Below are positions 36,490 to 47,200 of a stretch of 64,000 nt of DNA, piece by piece. Both the position numbers and the translations under genes were made by a program. The stretch is from Podarcis filfolensis (Eukaryota). Position 1 is the stretch's first letter; every line of letters begins with the position of its first letter. The stretch is taken from NCBI GenBank assembly GCA_964270895.1, contig OZ185440.1, one strand, 5' to 3'. The notes under the pieces were generated by a model that searched no databases, had not been told where the DNA came from, and was given only the letters and a program-made list of their open reading frames with translations.

Positions 36490-38659
36490 GATATGTATGT
36501 CGGGAGAGTGGCTTTCTGGCTCCATCCCACATGTCCCACTACTGGCAAATAGAAAGGTATTCACCTAGTGCTGAAAAGACCACACAGATGGCACCAGGTA
36601 CACCTCTGGAAATATGATTCCATAGCTGAAGTGCCACTACTAAAGAAGCCTCACTTCATTTGTCAGGGGAATCCAGAGCAGGGAAGAGATATCAAGGCTC
36701 AGGTAGGCACATGTAGGAGAAGACATTCTTTCAGCTAACCTTACACATGTCTCCATCACTGAACTACACCCCAGTCCTTAGTTCTTTGAATATTAAGAAT
36801 TCCTGGTTAAGTTTTAGGTGTTAGCCTAGGCTGCTTCATTATGTAGTATGATTATGTGCCTGAAACATGCCAGCAAATTAAAAATGTGCTGATTTGTGAT
36901 TGCCGGTATTTGCCAAAAATCTAAAGTGATAAATGGCATAAGGTATAAAGAAAATGTGTTTGAGGCTTCCAGTAGAGTGCCAGGAAACCAATCCAGAAAG
37001 ATGAGGCTAGAAATGAAATTGTCTCCCCTTGTGATTGAATTTTCTTTCCTAATGCTTAATTATTTTCACACATTAGAGCGACAGGTCTGTCAACTTGCAG
37101 AAAGTAGACTTTGAGGACCCCCATCATAGTCGGCTGAATTAGGCCTTAAGAGGAATCCCTGGTGAGTGAGAATTGAATCTACTTGAGAACTCAAAAGCAT
37201 GCACTCTATGTTGTGCCATTTTGATTGATCTAATAACGGGCTTACGTTAATTTGGAAGTTGAAATCTTCTTGAGTAAAATACCGGTATCTTTTTTTCTGA
37301 TGGAGGAACTGAGACATCTGTGCACACCTTTTAAGTGTAAAAATATCTCAAAAATACTAGATGCTAGACAATCTGGTTTTAGCTAGTCCTGGCACCAGGA
37401 GCAGGAATGCTCAAATAAATGCCCGTGCCTCGTATAATGTGATCCTTGTGGTGGGTAAGAACAGCCTCTTGGGGGGTCATGGTGGCCCTTGGGAACTTTG
37501 AAAGAGTTGAGAGCAGAGGTAAAAATGGAACCTCTGACCACAGCACCTTCCTTTCTTAGGAGAGCCTTAGACAAATCTGAGGATAGAAAGCGAACAGCTG
37601 CAGAGTTCTGCATTGCTCTGTGTAGAGTTTTTGCTCAGAGACAAACATCACTATATACCATTAAGCCACAGCTACAGTTATAGTGGCTTTTACCTACTAT
37701 TAGTAGGTTTTCTGCCTCAATGGCACTGGGTTAGAAAGAAAGAAATGGACAGTGCCTCTTTCTCCTCTTACTAGAGAAGGTTTCTAGATGCAGAACTTAG
37801 AAGTAGTACAGTACTGTCAAACTGGACAAACCGTCTCTGTGCCTTTAAGAGAATGAGGTGGGGGGGATCTATATTCATGTTAGGATCCACACTAGCAAGT
37901 CAAGATTGCACGAAAAGGATGAGATTGTGTATATGATCACATATGGATATGTGATCTAATGCACACAATCACATAGAAAATTATTCACAAACAAACACAA
38001 TAAATGGAAATCTGTGCAAGTGGAAGCTATGCATGTGTTACCTCTGAAATTACAGGAATTTTCCATGTAAAATGGAAACACGGGCCAAGTGAAATGTGGG
38101 GCAGAGCCAACCAGTGGAGGAATTACGAAATGGAATGGGGAAAAATAATTGTCCACCTGTACATATGACTTGTACCGGTTACAGCGTCCTTCTGTGTGGC
38201 CTGGCCTCTGTTGGGTTAGAAGCCATAAGCAGCTCCAAGAAAAGCTGTTTCAAGAGTGTTTCTGGCCCAGGTGAAAACAGAATTTGCCAACATTCTCATA
38301 AGGAAGGCTGTTGTACTGCTACAGCTTGCCCAGATTTATTCATTGTAGATTTGAAAAAAAGAGTCAAACTCACTAGTGTTAATTCAAACCATATTTTCTG
38401 AGTTCATACTAAAAGAACATTAGTGACCAGCAAAGGCGTTAACAAGGACAAGGTGCTACCTGTCTTGTATACAGTAAAATGGGAAAAGGAAAGCCACTCA
38501 TTTTGTACTCCAAATATTTCATATCCCAATTCTATTTTGCAGATTTTGTGAAAACCACCTTCTAAAAGGCAAACATCTGAAAGGAGCTGTGAAGGAAGAA
38601 GATAATGTTCCACCTCTGTTTACAACTGTACAAATATACAGTACAATCCTTCTTCTCTA

Positions 38660-38760
38660 TCTTCTTTGCAAATATATGGTTCATGCCCTGGTAATTTCTC
38701 ACTCTGACTACTGCAGTCTTTTTCTCTTTGGTCTCCCATTTTCTTACCTCAGCCTCCTTG
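38660..38760 (+). pseudogene. Old L2 ORF2 relic (continues after the MITE to about 39090)
   Basis: Translates VHALVISHSDYCSLFLFGLP, matching the L2 motif VHALVISRLDYCNSLLAGLP. Confidence 0.65.
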
Positions 38761-38770
38761 CTTTTTAGTA

Positions 38771-38996
38771 CAGTGGTACCTCGGGTTAAGAACTTAATTC
38801 GTTCTGGAGGTCCGTTCTTAACCTAAAACTGTTTTTAACCTGAAGTACCACTTTAGCTAATGGGGCCTCCCGCTGTCCATGTGCCACCACCACACAATTT
38901 CTGTTCTCATCCTGAAGCAAAGTTCTTATCCCGAGGTACTATTTCTGAGCTAGCGGAGTCTGTAAACTGAAGCATCTGTAACCCGAGGTACGGCTG
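38771..38996 (-). mobile_element. Tc1/mariner (Tigger-like) MITE, second copy, opposite orientation
   Basis: TIR cagtggtacctcgggtta / taacccgaggtacggctg. TA at 38769-38770 and 38997-38998. Reverse complement of the 17153 copy apart from a 16-bp duplication. Confidence 0.92.
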
Positions 38997-39129
38997 TATC
39001 CACTTTGCTGTTATTCTTTTGCTACACATTCTTTTTATCCTGCTACTTTTTCTTTTCTTATTCATGCTTCCCTTCCTCTGGTGAACTACCCAGGGAACAT
39101 TTTGTAAATTGGTGGCATGCGAATACCAT

Positions 39130-39320
39130 AAATAGCAATGATGGAAGCACTTCATTGGATACTGCCCACCTCCATGGCAGAACTCCTGCCTCTACTCTCT
39201 CCATGAGCCACCTGCACCCTCCCCAAATCTGCTCCAGAGGAAACCCTGGAGCAAGGAGAAACCCAGAACAGATTTAGACTGTGCACAGGGAGAGGAAGGT
39301 CCATTGTGCAGCCAACAGAG
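39130..39320. mobile_element. Palindromic MITE relic
   Basis: cctgcaccctccccaaatctgctccagagg ... cagaacagatttagactgtgcacagg are imperfect inverted arms; recalled squamate family. Confidence 0.5.
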
Positions 39321-41823
39321 AATAAAGCATAGTAATCAAATAAATGCCCAACATATGACAGAAACTCTAGTGTAAAAAACCTTCCATTTCTGTAAGGCAT
39401 CTAGTTGGTGGTGATTTTAGTGAAGTTTATAGGGTTCTTTTCCTTGTTTTTTTTAAACAGCTGTTCTCATGGTTTTATCTTTTGTCTGTGGATGATCCCT
39501 GGATCAGGGAAAGCAGTGTATGAAGGACAAGATTCATATTTCTGACAAAGGAAAAAGGAACCGCTGCACATTTTCTTTATCTCTACAGTTGTGCTTCCAT
39601 GCTGAATTAAAAACCAAAAGAACCCACATAGAAACAATCCTCTTTTTTAAAAAAAACGCTGAAATTTGTGTGTTTTCAGGGTAGTAATGATTTGGGACAG
39701 GACGGAGAAGGGAAATACCCTGCTAGTTTGCAAAAAAAAAAAAAAAACCCTGCCACAAAAACATGTCACATAGTGTGCAATGCTTAAGAATGTTAGCTTA
39801 TTATATATGCAGAGAAACAGTGGGGAAAATCTATATTGTACTGTAAAACGATAGAGGATTAATCCCTCTAGGTAACAGAATCCCTCATAAATAGCAAATG
39901 GGGGAGATATCCATAGTATTATACTTTATCACACTTTCTGTCAAAATATCCCCCGCAGGGAGTCTTTCACATGATGATATCACCAGTAGAGTCTTACTCG
40001 AGGAAGATGATTTTTAACCAGACAGCAGAAAACCATCAATATATTTCTTAGTGAGATGAGTATGTAAGTAGACACCTTATAGTTATATCTAGTCGGTTAT
40101 TCCTCTTCCTTATGGAGTGTAGCTACTTTATTTTTATGAGTCTATATACCACAGTACATACTACACCGTTTATTGTTAATAATACAAGACTGACTTATAT
40201 TGACATAGCACTTCCTATTCTTTATAGATTTAAAGGACCGAAATCAGTTAGCCCATAATGTGCTGCTACCCCAAGGGCAATAAGTGGCAGCTGTTTAAGC
40301 AAACAAGCTGCACAGAGCAGACGCTGGGAAGGGACTTCAGAGTGTCATCCTATGGAGTTGGAAAAGCACTTGATGCCATAAACATACCCTATGTACCCTT
40401 GGTGGGGGATGGGTGGGAAATTAGCATAAAATATCAAAAAAGTGCCACCATGCAAGCAGAGATAGATTAAAAAGCATTCACCTGCACCAAAATACTAGGG
40501 GTGGACTGCCCTCTGTTGCAATTCTGCCAGCCTATCCCCTCCTCAAATGCCTGATGAGCTTGCACAGGTAATTCTAATTCCTTAAGGATCTGATTGCAGT
40601 CTGCCTCTCAGAAAGATAAATACTGTGCAGTCTTCTGATGGTTGCTAAGGCAATTTAAGTCTCTGAAAAAATGTAGGCAATCCTATGCTGAATAATAGGT
40701 CTAAATATTTGAGGTCATACATGGAGTTCTTATGTACCCTTGGCCTGCACCTCATCAGTTTGCATTAGTGTAGCTACGTGATCACTTATTCCAGCACAGA
40801 TAAGGCCTTGTCCTTTTGCCCCGAAACATTTCAAAGGAATACAACTTCATAGTGATTGCAGTTTCATTCATCTCCCATGTAACATATAAGAATTCAACCC
40901 AGCAAGACCAAATCACTGTATCTGAGCATTACTGAAAGTTCTAGATAAACTAGTTCCAGTGATTTAAATAAGAAAACAAATCTCCCTCCTATTCCCCCCC
41001 CCCCCATTCTGAAGCACAGAGCCCTTATTTGAAAACAGATGACGCAAGTAGCTGGCATGCCCCATTAAGCTCAGCCATGGGTCTTTCTGCCTTGGTAAAT
41101 TTGGCTTTGTGGCTGATCCTGCAAGGCACTCACCTGGAAGGGAGAGGGTCTGCTTATTATCTCTTCTGATTCCTTGATGCTCCAAATCAGTGACCCCTAA
41201 CCTGTCACTCTGCATTTGCCCTAGATGCTTTACACATGGCAGGGTCAAAGCCATTACAATTGATCTCAGCCAAGTCCCCACACTTAATCTTTTCATTGCA
41301 CTGCAGTGGGTTAGGCATTTTCTTCATCAATAGCTGCATCATCTTCTTCTTCTTTCTCAGGCTGACAAAGCTTTTGATGCAGGGGTTAAGGTGCTTGTTC
41401 CCTACTGGGGCCAAATCTGTAGGAGCAATGAGCATAGAAGGCAAGGGGAAATGTGCAAGTGCCAACTTTTGCATTTATCCTAATCACTTGTTTATTCTGA
41501 GAATCTGAGCTCCCCAAATTCTGGAAACTCCCATCTTCATTTCAAAACAAAATTTAGCCTTTGTTTTGGCAGCAGCCAGCTTGGAAGGCTGCTTAAATTT
41601 TGAGGCAGTTGGGTGGGGGTGGGGTTTAAGCAAAATTTAAGCTTCTTTTTCCCCCACCACCATTACAGTGGCAATCTTCCAGAAATTATGAAATAGTAGC
41701 CACCTTTCACCTCTCCCAAATGCCCTTGGGAATAATGCTACAATTCATTTTGGTGATGTGTGTATATGAGAGAGAGAGTTCAGGCAGATCTTATCAGTGG
41801 CAGCAGCACACCACATGACACCA

Positions 41824-42302
41824 CTGGCTGGTGAGCATCAGTCCCCCACCCTCCTAAATGCCTCTGGGAATGACACTTAATAGTAAGTAAAGGACTCCTG
41901 GACGGTTAAGTTCAAACAAAGGTGACAATGGGGTGCGGCACTCATCTCACTTTTCAGGCCAAGGGAGCTGGCGTTTGTCCACAGACAGCTTTCCGGCCAG
42001 CATAACTAAACCGCTTCTGGTGCAACGGTACACTGCGACAAGTGCCAGAGTGCACGGAAATGCTGTTTACCTTCCTCCTGCAGCAGTACCTATTTATCTA
42101 CTTGCACTGGCATGCTTTTGAACTGCTAGGTTGGCAGAAGCTGGGGCAGAGCAACTAGAGCTCAACCCGTCGCAGGGATTTGAACCACCAACCTTCCTAA
42201 CAGCAAGTCCAAGAGGCTCAGTGGTTTAGACCACAGTGCCACCCTGGCTGGCGAGCATCAGTCCCCCACCCTTCTAAATGCCTCTGGGAATGACACTTCA
42301 TA
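41824..42302. repeat. 59-bp direct repeat flanking the SINE (41824-41882 and 42244-42302)
   Basis: ctggctggtgagcatcagtcccccaccctcctaaatgcctctgggaatgacacttaata versus ctggctggcgagcatcagtcccccacccttctaaatgcctctgggaatgacacttcata; 3 mismatches. Confidence 0.95.
41884..42243 (-). mobile_element. Sauria SINE (older subfamily, slightly 5'-truncated)
   Basis: gtaaaggactcc (reverse of tail) ... ctcatctc ... tatttatctacttgcac ... gtggtttagaccacagtgccacc (reverse of head). Confidence 0.92.
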
Positions 42303-42450
42303 AGAACAGAGGAAGAGTCTGTTGGATCAGAACAAAGCCCCATGTAGACCAGCATCCTGTGTTATCACAGTGGCCAACCAGAAGCTCACAACCAGAAAGC
42401 ACTCTCCCCATATGATTCTCAGCAACTGGTATACAGAGGCTTGTAGCCAC
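42299..42450 (-). mobile_element. CR1 3' UTR fragment
   Basis: cataagaac tail, then tgttggatcagaac...cagcatcctgtgttatcacagtggccaaccag. Confidence 0.7.
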
Positions 42451-45400
42451 TTAGAAGTAACTTGATTGTCTGCTCAGTCTGCTGTCCAGTTGGTAACTGC
42501 TGACAGCCAACTTCAAGAGTCTATACTCCTTTCTTGTAGTTATCTTTAAACTGGCTATCAAGAGGATGTCTTCAAATAGAGGGCTGTCCTCTGTAAAGCA
42601 AGACACATGGCTACCCTAAAACCAGTGGCCTTTCCCTATTATGGATTATATATCTAATTTAACAGTTTAACCCTAATATCTGAAGTCCCATTGAACTTAA
42701 TTACCCCTAAGCACAGTAAATATGTTAGGTTGCTTTTTTTGATCACCTGTTCTTTACAAAATCAACATGCCAGAGAAAGATAACTATGTGCTATGTGCTA
42801 AGGGGAAAGGATGTTATTTCAGTGAGAAATGCTGTAAAGAACAAACCTGTCATTCGAGCCACAGTTTTAGAACCACTTGCATTTTTGTGTCACCTTTCAC
42901 ACCCTGGACGTTTCTGCTTATGTGTGTGTGAAGGCTGCACAGATTATACACAGGTAAACAGTCTGGGGCTTGGGCTTGTGTATACTCCTGGGGCTGTATC
43001 CTGACATGCTGTTGAAATGATCTATGGTATGCCCTTGCTTATACATCTCCAAATCCCCTCACTCTGTCAAGCGCATGACTTTGAGGACTATCCATTCCAG
43101 TCCTATAATTCAGCGATTTTGTGCACCACAGTAGTGTTGTCGTACAAGAAAACAGGAAAAGCAGCAACATATCCTTTAGAAGATCTGTGTCATTACAACA
43201 CTTTCCATTTTAATACTTCTCCCTCTCTCTGTCCCTCACACATATAGTGCCCCAAAAGCAGAGCCATGAGTTGATTTTCTGTAAGCAAGCCATCAGTTGG
43301 GTCCAGACAACCACTCTATGGCCAATGTACTGTCACCTGAATGGGAGGTTTCGATAATTACTAAGACATCAATCAAAACTGTGATCAATCAGATGGTACA
43401 AACTTACTCTGACAAGGCACTAGGGAAAGAGCTCACCATATCCTACAAATAGTGTTAATTATTTACATTCCTGGACTTTTTCAATTATCTCTCAAACAGC
43501 AAGGGATTGCATTCTGTTCTTCAGGGATATTGATTGCCCAGAGAAGAGAAGAAGAGCATTTAGCTCAGTGCACCATTTGTTTCTGCAAGGGTTTATTGAC
43601 ATAGGAACATTATAGGAGATTCAAGGCTTGATCAGACCCTCCGTCATCTTAGCTTAGTATCATGCCTCATATTAAGTCTTTTGTGCTGGTAAAATCACAT
43701 GCCATGGACTCTATGTGCCAGCAAGACTTGGAATATTCTGCTAATATAAGGATCTCTTTCCCAATCCTTTTTTTATGTTTACTAATTTTGGGGGGTAAAT
43801 AAAACACAAAGATAATTCCACATTTAGACCTCCATGGAGCTTGAAGTGGTCAGACTGTACAACCTCAAGCCAAAGTACTACCTAACTGGTCCTTAACTAC
43901 ATCCTACATCATAAAGCCCCAGAGCATTCTCACCTAGATAAGTCTATCTGCCTGTGTTAAGAGAGTCAAAACCCGTCTCAGAGTGCAGAGATATCACACA
44001 AGACAGGTAGCACATGTAGAAGATGGGAAAAGGAGATCCAAAAGTATGGACATTCCATGCTTTGATGTTACAGAGCTCTCCTGGGCATATGCTTTTCTAT
44101 TCAGTTTGATGGATCAATATAGACCTTCATTGGACAGAAGTGCAATGCAATATGATCAGTAATGTAATGAAATGATCAATAACCACATCTCCCTGAACCA
44201 GATCTGTATAGTTTTGGAAACAATGTATGAAAGCTTCCCCAGTGGTTCAGGATCAAAGTTGACTTGGGTTATACCCATTCAGGTTTAGAGCACCATATTT
44301 GTTTGGTTTCAAAGAGCTCACAACTCACAACGGAAGCCATGGTAACAAAGGTTCCTTTCACAAAGGGACACTTATGAGTCCCCCTTTATACACACAAGCG
44401 CGCTTGTGAATGCTCAAAAGTTAACATTTCATACTTTCAGAAATGCCACCACAATCATTCTCTAGTGTAAAAAGGTCATGCCCCAAGAAGGATTGTCTTT
44501 ATGCTGTTTCGCTTGAGGCAAAAATAGCAATCAGTAATTGATAATTCACATTTTAAAGAATGTATCTATTCAGAGGAGCATGAAAATACATTCCCACCAG
44601 ATCACTGGAATTACATAGTCACATATCCAGGTATCAGCATTCTAAGCAAAAATAGTTGTTTCTCCTGTTACATCCACTTAACCATATCCACAACTTTTTT
44701 TTTTAATCCCTTCCTACCTGGAATAGACAGGAGGAAAGAGATTCTTGCCATCATTATGACACATTGGTTAGTTTTGTGGTTTCAATTTTTGATTTTAGTA
44801 TCATTTGTACTTGTTTTAATTATGATATTTATGTAACCTATCCTAGGACCATTCAGTGAAGGGCAGGTGATAAGGAAGATTAATTAATTAAATAGATTGC
44901 TTAATCAATCAAGCTCTAACTGCACAATCCTCTTCATGCTTGCTATGTTCAATAGGGCTTGCTTCCTAGTGTGTTTAGGACTGTAGCTTGTAGGTCATTT
45001 GCTAGCCATCTAAACCCTATGAAAACTATCAGTGTGTTGATATTAACACAAGGACCTGCAGGGTTAATCACAATGAATGCAATTCACACCAAAGAGCTCA
45101 ATGTGCTCCTCTTGACAAGATGAAAAAGTGCCACTGAATCTGTTTCTTAAAACTACTCATTCTATCCTTAGAGAAGCACAGCTACTGGCCCTATGTGAAA
45201 ATAGTGACAAATTTATCATTGGGTGTGGAACAGAGGTCAGGGAAGGAGCAGGCAACTAACTAACCTGACCATAACTCAGCTTTGTAGTCCATCTACAGTT
45301 TCAGATGTCCCCGATGGAGACAGGCAATATAGTATATATTTAAATGAATTCATTACAGATTTTTTTTATTAAAAAAATGTAACTCCAGTCCACCTTACAT

Positions 45401-45931
45401 TGCCTGCTATCTTTGTTCCCAGGAGTGACTATAATAGACTTGGGTTTTGTTATATAATTAAATGCTAATACATGTAGCCTTTGCTTAGCACCATTTCTGT
45501 ATTTGCTTCTGTTAATTAGGATGTGAACCTAAGAATCTCCCAATAGCATTTTAAACATGCTTCCAGGCTTCTTCTTTTTAAACATTGGTTTGGATAGCAA
45601 AATCTCAGGTCCCCTAGCATCTTCTACTGCAGCCACCTTCTTTAATATGCAAGGAGATTCTCCAATATGTACACTTCTCACACATACCCCTGTTTCTTAG
45701 GTGTGTGTCTATATAGCTCACTCCACAAGAGCTCCATCCCACCCTTTGGACCAAGTACTGGCACAGATGGATTTTTGACATGGCATTACGCTAACAAAAA
45801 AAATATCAATCACTTCATTAAAATAAAACCCATTATCCACATGCAAACCAACCCCCAAATACTGGGAATGTATTGCTTGTAATAGAACAGAAACACCACT
45901 GCTACTACTGCTATTTATCACCAATAATCTT

Positions 45932-46207
45932 CAGGGAAAGGGCTATAGCAGGCATAAAGTCTCAGGTTCAATCTCTGGCATCTCCAAGTTGGGGACAGGG
46001 AGAACCCTGTCTGAACTCCTGTAGAGTTGTTGCTAGACTGTGTATACTAGCCTTTGCCTACCTGGTACTCTCCAGATGTGTTGGACTACAACTCACATCA
46101 GGACTGGCTGGGGCTAATGGGTGCTGTGGTCCAAAACATATGGAAAGCAGATGTATACAACACTGAGCCAGATAATCTGACTCAGCATAATGTAACTTCC
46201 TGAGTTC
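45932..46207 (+). mobile_element. tRNA/CR1-tail SINE interrupted by a MITE
   Basis: Head caggttcaatctctggcatctcc. Body resumes aacactgagccagat...ctgactcagcataa...cttcctgagttcc after the insert. Confidence 0.65.
46048..46150. mobile_element. Nested palindromic hAT-like MITE
   Basis: ccagatgtgttggactacaactcacatca core. 8-bp TSD gtgtatac (46040-46047) / atgtatac (46151-46158). Confidence 0.7.
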
Positions 46208-46522
46208 CCATACAGTGCTTCATCATGTCCCGGGCAGCATTCAAGTGGTAGAGCTAGTCATGCTTATATATGAGGTTTATAGACCACTTTTGACGTCATG
46301 TTCCCACTAAAGCAGTTTACAACAACAATCTGAACAACTTAAAACCACACTACGGGGTTGAAACAATCCACAGCACTTCAAAGAAACCACCGCACCTACT
46401 GAAAATAAGAATATGAAAGACAAATGGCAGAGGAGGGGGGGGGAAATCAACCAAAAGCCTGAGCAAAAATATATAATTTTAAATGGTGGCAAAGCCTCAT
46501 AGGGGTTGCGACAGGTCTTACC

Positions 46523-46581
46523 GGGAAGGGAAGGGAAGGGAAGGGAAGGGAAGGGAAGGGAAGGGAAGGGAAGGGAAGGGA
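46523..46581. repeat. (GGGAA)n microsatellite
   Basis: Twelve GGG tracts separated by AA. Confidence 0.98.
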
Positions 46582-46689
46582 GTTTCATAGCTTGTAACAA
46601 GAATGGTTTGTCTTGGGTTGCTGCATATTGAATTCAGGGCAAATGCAGCAGCATCAAGAGAATGATGGATTCAATTTCTGGGCACAGGT

Positions 46690-47200
46690 ACTTATAGGAG
46701 AATGTGTTTCATCAGACACAGGTCCTGAGCCATATAGAGCTTGGCATGTTAGCAGAAGGACCTTGAACTTGGCCTGGTAGCATATAGATAGCCAGTAAAA
46801 CACTTTCAGAACTGGGGAACATGTACCTAGTAGCCTGTTGTTGTTGTTGTTGTTGTTGTTGTTGGCACCCACCAATCTCGAGAGACAACTGAGTGCACCT
46901 CTGGGGGTGAAGTCAAACCACTGCATTAGCAGCCCTGAAGTGACCTCTCTAGGGTGCAAGCCTAGCTAGTGTGTATGGAGGTCCTGGGCTGCCCAGAGAA
47001 CAAGACCCCACTCTTGGCCTCAGTGATATGAAAGGAAAGGAAAGCAATATGGCATCAGCTTGGCTGCAGGAGTTGCTGGAAGGAGGCATACAAGATGCCA
47101 TCCAATTGTCTCTGCATTTTCTACTGCCTGTAGCTTCCAGACCAACCTCAAAGGAAGTACTCATAGAGCACACTGAAATAGTTCAGTCTTGAGGGTCATA
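46690..47200 (-). pseudogene. L2 ORF2 relic split by a later insertion (pieces about 46690-46835 and 47106-47200)
   Basis: Minus frame VLKVFYWLSICYQAKFKVLLLTCQALYGSGP resembles L2 LHWLP..R..FK.LLLTYKALNGLGP. The upstream piece resembles the SRLDYCNALY region. Confidence 0.75.
46837..47105 (-). mobile_element. 5'-truncated non-LTR retroelement 3' end with (CAA)n tail, family unresolved
   Basis: (GTT)9 at 46837-46863, then ggcacccacc...ctgggggtgaagtcaaacc...gtgtatggaggtcctgggctgcccag...ttggctgcaggagttgc, a recalled lacertid repeat. Confidence 0.6.

Noticed and set aside
39852-39870. Near-palindrome containing GGATTAATCC (paired Otx/Pitx-type sites)
   Set aside because: A single short motif cannot be told from chance without conservation data.
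41125-41400. Strong-looking splice sites (minus donor near 41131, plus acceptor at 41360)
   Set aside because: They are on opposite strands, have no convincing partner sites, and the peptides are unrecognised.
44393-44408. 16-bp perfect palindrome cacaagcgcgcttgtg
   Set aside because: About one such palindrome is expected by chance in 64 kb (64000 x 4^-8).
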